DNA from: a virus
Direction: 5' to 3' (one strand)
DNA length: 64,000 bases
Virus record (IMG/VR): IMGVR_UViG_3300020036_002522
A model generated the notes under the pieces. The model saw nothing but the letters and a program-made list of their open reading frames with translations, made no database searches and was not told the DNA's origin. A program made the translations under genes and the position numbers. Below are positions 60,642-64,000 of this stretch, piece after piece. Every line of letters begins with the position of its first letter. Position 1 is the stretch's first letter.

Positions 60642-61535
60642 ATGTCAAACACAAACACACAAGTTCATTCCATCTCTATCGACACAGCCACCATGCTGAT
60701 GTCATTCAACGCTTCCGTGTGGACCGCGCGCAAGCTCGACAAGGGCGTCACTGATGAAGTGCTGCACGACAAGGGTGCCGGTGCCAAGGGTGCCGCCCGT
60801 GTCAACAAGTCCCTCATGGCCGGACGCACCGAGCTGGTGGACATTCAGGCCGTGGTGGGCGCAGCGCGCACCTACGTGTACGAGAACACCGCCGAGTGGG
60901 CCAACGGTCAGCGCTGGATTCCAACCAACCGTCTGTTGAAGGTTGACAAACGCATGAGCGACTTCAAGGGTGAGTTCGACGCGCAAGTCGAGGCGTTCTG
61001 TGCAATCTATCCTACGTTGATTACGGCGCAGGCTATGGCGCTGGGCTCCATGTTCAACCGCAACGAGTTCCCACACGTGTCCGAGATTCGACGCAAGTTT
61101 GCTTTCTCCTACGACTTCGACCCGATGCCGGTGACCAATGACTTCCGCGTGGCCATCCCGGCTGAGGCGCAAGCCGACCTGCGTACTAGGCTGGAGAAGG
61201 CGAACACACGCCGCATCGACGAGGCCATGAGCGGGCTGCGCAAACAACTGGGTGATCACCTGCGTCGCATGGCCGAGCGCTTGGTGTCGGTGGAGGGCAA
61301 GGACGGTGAGCTGAAACAGCAGCGCTTCCATGACACGTTGGTAACGAATGCCTACGAGCTGTGTGATCTGATCGGGGACTTCAACGTCGCCGGTGATGCG
61401 GACCTGTCCGCTGCCAAGACCCAGCTTGAGAAGGTGCTGGCAGGCACAACGGCAGAGACGTTACGCATTGATCCCGACCGTCGCGAAGAGGTGCGTGTGG
61501 AGGTCAACAAGATGCTTGACGCATGGAGCTTTTAG
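60642..61535 (+). CDS. DUF3150-like protein (tentative)
   Basis: 297 aa. The N-terminal LMSFNASVWTARKLDKG and the central FKGEFDAQVEAFCAIYPTLI recall DUF3150 proteins, which accompany CobS/CobT-like pairs on mobile elements. This is from memory only. Confidence 0.35.
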   Translation: MSNTNTQVHSISIDTATMLMSFNASVWTARKLDKGVTDEVLHDKGAGAKGAARVNKSLMAGRTELVDIQAVVGAARTYVYENTAEWANGQRWIPTNRLLKVDKRMSDFKGEFDAQVEAFCAIYPTLITAQAMALGSMFNRNEFPHVSEIRRKFAFSYDFDPMPVTNDFRVAIPAEAQADLRTRLEKANTRRIDEAMSGLRKQLGDHLRRMAERLVSVEGKDGELKQQRFHDTLVTNAYELCDLIGDFNVAGDADLSAAKTQLEKVLAGTTAETLRIDPDRREEVRVEVNKMLDAWSF

Positions 61536-61543
61536 GGTATACT
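61516..61543 (+). promoter_or_regulatory. sigma70-like promoter TTGACG-N16-TATACT
   Basis: -35 at 61516-61521 and -10 at 61538-61543, at the 3' end of the preceding gene. Confidence 0.5.
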
Positions 61544-61564
61544 GTAAACTCTAAACACAATACC

Positions 61565-61783
61565 ATGGACAAAGACCTTCGGGAATTTAACAAGGAGCTG
61601 TCGCAGGGGGGCCTGCGGCTCCTCAAGATGTCACGCACCGGCAAGGGCCATCACAAGGCCGAGATCGTCGATGCCACCGGGCGCAAGCTGGTGTATGTAC
61701 TGGCCAGCAGCAACTCTGACCATCGGGCCGTCGCCAACCGTAAACGCGACATCTCACGTTTTTTCAAGGAGCAAGCACAATGA
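61565..61783 (+). CDS. hypothetical small basic protein
   Basis: The start at 61565 was chosen because the promoter at 61516-61543 would exclude the 61523 ATG. No RBS is visible. Confidence 0.4.
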   Translation: MDKDLREFNKELSQGGLRLLKMSRTGKGHHKAEIVDATGRKLVYVLASSNSDHRAVANRKRDISRFFKEQAQ

Positions 61784-61980
61784 AGAACCCGTTCGCACCA
61801 CTCATGAATATGTACCGACGTCCGTCGCCGCAGGCCGTGGCATCCGACGATCTGTATGACGCCGAGCACTCGCTGCTCGAAGCGCTGAAAGACCGTGAGT
61901 GGGCTGAGGCGCGCATCGCCGCCTATGAGGCTCGTCTGCAACGTCTGCGGGTGTACATCATCAAAGGGGAAGCAGCATGA
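61780..61980 (+). CDS. hypothetical small protein
   Basis: 66 aa, ATGA-coupled at both ends. Confidence 0.45.
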   Translation: MKNPFAPLMNMYRRPSPQAVASDDLYDAEHSLLEALKDREWAEARIAAYEARLQRLRVYIIKGEAA

Positions 61981-62591
61981 CAATGCAACAAATCAAACAC
62001 CGCCACACAGGCTCCGTATTGTTCGAATATGAATCTGGATCTGGATTAAGCATGCGCGAAGCGTTGGAAAAGGCAACGACAGCGAAAGCGAGCCTGGGCG
62101 GCGCGAACCTGCGCGGCGCGGACCTGGGCGGCGCGAACCTGTACGGCGCGAACCTGCGCGGCGCGAACCTGGGCGGCGCGAACCTGTACGGCGCGAACCT
62201 GCGCGGCGCGAACCTGCGCGGCGCGAACCTGTACGGCGCGAACCTGTACGGCGCGGACCTGCGCGGCGCGGACCTGGGCGGCGCGGACCTGGGCGGCGCG
62301 AACCTGCGCGGCGCGAACCTGTACGGCGCGAACCTGGGCGGAAAGAAACTCATTGGGGGCCGTCCGTTTTTCATTATTGGCCCCATTGGTTCGCGCGGTG
62401 ACTACGTGCAAGCATGGATCACAGATGCTGGCGTCATGATCCGCGCCGGTTGCTTTTTCGACACTCGCAATCAGTTCGAGTTGGCCCTTGATGCCACGCA
62501 TGGACAAAACAATCACGGCCAAGAGTACCGCGCGGCCCTGGTATTGATCGACAAGCATGCAGAGTTGTGGACACCGAAGGAGTTGACATGA
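61977..62591 (+). CDS. pentapeptide-repeat protein
   Basis: 204 aa with 16 consecutive A-[ND]-L-[RGY]-G pentapeptides. They are flanked by unique N- and C-terminal domains. Confidence 0.8.
   Translation: MTMQQIKHRHTGSVLFEYESGSGLSMREALEKATTAKASLGGANLRGADLGGANLYGANLRGANLGGANLYGANLRGANLRGANLYGANLYGADLRGADLGGADLGGANLRGANLYGANLGGKKLIGGRPFFIIGPIGSRGDYVQAWITDAGVMIRAGCFFDTRNQFELALDATHGQNNHGQEYRAALVLIDKHAELWTPKELT
62096..62340 (+). repeat. 16 tandem near-identical 15-bp units (GGCGCGAACCTGNNC type)
   Basis: Directly visible tandem array. Long ORFs are open in several frames on both strands across it. Confidence 0.85.
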
Positions 62592-62845
62592 GACGCAACA
62601 TGACCATCGCCATCCCCGGTCTGCCTTACACGGTGGACGAATTGGAGCGTGACAATCCGCACAACAGCTGGGTGCACGATGAAGAAGACGAAGGCATCTG
62701 CGTCGCATGCAACGGCTCTGGCGAAGGCCAGTACGACGGCACAACTTGCTCCAGTTGCAAGGGCTCCGGCGTAGACCGTGCGCCTGTGGAGCGTGACGAC
62801 GAGCCCGACTTTGATGAGCCTGAAGAATACATTGGAGAAGACTGA
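62588..62845 (+). CDS. small protein with DnaJ-type CxxCxGxG zinc-finger motifs
   Basis: The ATG at 62588 overlaps the upstream TGA. It contains CVACNGSGEG and CSSCKGSGV and has an acidic C-terminus. Confidence 0.55.
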   Translation: MRRNMTIAIPGLPYTVDELERDNPHNSWVHDEEDEGICVACNGSGEGQYDGTTCSSCKGSGVDRAPVERDDEPDFDEPEEYIGED

Positions 62846-63018
62846 TGCCACATCCACTCTTTCCAACCGACGGCAACCGGCAGTACGTTGGCAGTGGGAT
62901 CATGCGCTACTGCCCTCTCTGCGCGGCGCATCGCGCAACTGGTGGCGGCAGCATGCGCCACGTCATGGGTCTGCGTACGTGGGTCTGCAAGAAACACACT
63001 AAGGAGAAAACGAAATGA
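62845..63018 (+). CDS. candidate 57-aa Cys-containing mini-protein
   Basis: Not in the track. My translation is MPHPLFPTDGNRQYVGSGIMRYCPLCAAHRATGGGSMRHVMGLRTWVCKKHTKEKTK. It is ATGA-coupled at both ends (62843-62847 and 63015-63018). Confidence 0.4.
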   Translation: MPHPLFPTDGNRQYVGSGIMRYCPLCAAHRATGGGSMRHVMGLRTWVCKKHTKEKTK

Positions 63019-63335
63019 TTACTGAATACGACCCGAACATTGTCTGGGCAAGGCACTCATTTGAATTGACCTTTATGCAGTGGGACTACAGCCTAACAGT
63101 GGCAGTGGACGTTTGCGGAAATTGCAAAGGTGCAACACTTTTCCGGTCGGCACTGAGTACAGCGTTTGAAGAACTCTATGACGATGAAGAAGCCAACGGG
63201 AAAATCATTCTGAAACGCCCGGCAGAAAACGGTGATGGCGAGGACACGCTAGAAATTGATCTTGAGGATGAAGACGATCTAGCTGCGATCTGTGTGGGCA
63301 TACGCATCATCGGGCATGTAAAGGAAGCACCATGA
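63015..63335 (+). CDS. hypothetical acidic protein
   Basis: 106 aa, with AAGGAGAA upstream. Confidence 0.5.
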   Translation: MITEYDPNIVWARHSFELTFMQWDYSLTVAVDVCGNCKGATLFRSALSTAFEELYDDEEANGKIILKRPAENGDGEDTLEIDLEDEDDLAAICVGIRIIGHVKEAP

Positions 63336-63646
63336 CCATCGACACAAAGAACCTGCGGGTATTGGCTGAAGACTGCATGAACCGCGAAATAGACTTTGAT
63401 GACGTATCGCCAAATCAAGGCAGCACTTCATGTGACAAGCTCACAAGGGCTTACTTCCGTGACGCCAACCCAGCAGCAATCCTAGCCCTGTTGGACGCAC
63501 TGGAGCGCAAGGACCGTGTGATTCGCAGCATAAAGCAGGAAGCCGAAACCGCACTTGTCATCGGTGACGAAATCGGTATGCGCGACGGGCTTGTGCAAAT
63601 ACTGAAAGAAGCGGATCAAGAGTTTGGGATAACCACAAGGAACTGA
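63332..63646 (+). CDS. hypothetical protein (possibly Ead/Ea22-like)
   Basis: 104 aa. ANPAAILALLDALERKD recalls Ea22-like proteins. Weak. Confidence 0.4.
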   Translation: MTIDTKNLRVLAEDCMNREIDFDDVSPNQGSTSCDKLTRAYFRDANPAAILALLDALERKDRVIRSIKQEAETALVIGDEIGMRDGLVQILKEADQEFGITTRN

Positions 63647-63650
63647 CACC

Positions 63651-64000
63651 ATGACCAAAGAACTGATTGAACGCTTGTATGCAAGCGATGTCGCATCGGC
63701 GCTGACAAATGAAGCAGCACGGGCAATCGAAGCCCTTCAAGCCCGTGTTGCTGACCAGTCCGCACAGCTAACGCGCCACACAAATCTGATTGACCAGCTT
63801 CAGGAAGAACGTTGCAAACTCGCCGCCGAACTCGCCGCTGCACGGGCGCAGGAGCCGGTGTCTCACCGATACAGGTTCACTCACCCAATCTCAGGTGAAC
63901 CAGTTTGGCGTGATTCGTCGCCAACGTGGAACGGGCAGTGTGTGCAGGAAGTACAACCGTTGTTCGCCGCCCCAGTCCCGCCAGTGCGGGAGCCGCTGAG
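63651..64000 (+). CDS. hypothetical coiled-coil protein, 3' end cut by window edge
   Basis: The ATG at 63651 gives MTKELIERLYASDVASALTNEAARAIEALQARV.... The frame stays open to the last base of the window. Confidence 0.45.
   Translation, partial: MTKELIERLYASDVASALTNEAARAIEALQARVADQSAQLTRHTNLIDQLQEERCKLAAELAAARAQEPVSHRYRFTHPISGEPVWRDSSPTWNGQCVQEVQPLFAAPVPPVREPL

Noticed and set aside
61961-62903. Minus-strand ORFs (RFAPRRFAP..., VRAAQVRAVQ...) through the pentapeptide repeat array
   Set aside because: They are repeat-generated open frames. The plus frame gives a canonical A(N/D)LxG pentapeptide protein with unique flanking domains and ATGA coupling.

Overview
The whole 64-kb window reads as a tailed-phage genome segment from a high-GC Gram-negative host. 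It looks podovirus-like: I recognise no tape measure, sheath or tube gene. No cellular housekeeping genes, integrase, rRNA or CRISPR array are visible.

Three blocks:
(i) 1-11.4 kb, + strand: replication module with a family A DNA polymerase, a Cas4-like PD-(D/E)XK nuclease, an SNF2 helicase, an SSB-like protein and a prim-pol/helicase.
(ii) 11.4-50.7 kb, - strand: one uninterrupted virion/lysis block, with many ATGA/TAATG-coupled gene junctions. It runs putative terS, terL, an 874-aa portal, a scaffold-like protein and a Mu gpT-like capsid with a terminator. Next come a GIY-YIG homing endonuclease with its own near-consensus promoter, tRNA-Pro and tRNA-Tyr, then fibres (LamG-like, Gly-rich). 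It ends with a lysis cassette (SAR/secreted GH24 endolysin, embedded Rz/Rz1) and three very large internal proteins of 1210, 617 and 3281 aa.
(iii) 50.9-64 kb, + strand: about 25 small early/accessory genes.

Most unusual observations:
- Two paralogous Gly/Tyr/Asn-repeat proteins whose shared C-terminal tail shows a synonymous-substitution signature.
- A 17-19 bp perfect palindrome (GCAGACA-N3-TGTCTGC) present nine times, only between 51.2 and 59.4 kb.
- A promoter-plus-terminator pair that predicts an ~80-nt antisense RNA over the terS translation start.
- A non-canonical lysis cassette.
- A MoxR-like AAA / VWA-zincin / DUF3150-like module.
- A pentapeptide-repeat protein made of 16 near-identical 15-bp units.
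- An AT-rich non-coding island.

Functional calls rest on motifs I could read by eye and on recalled family features. No searches were run.
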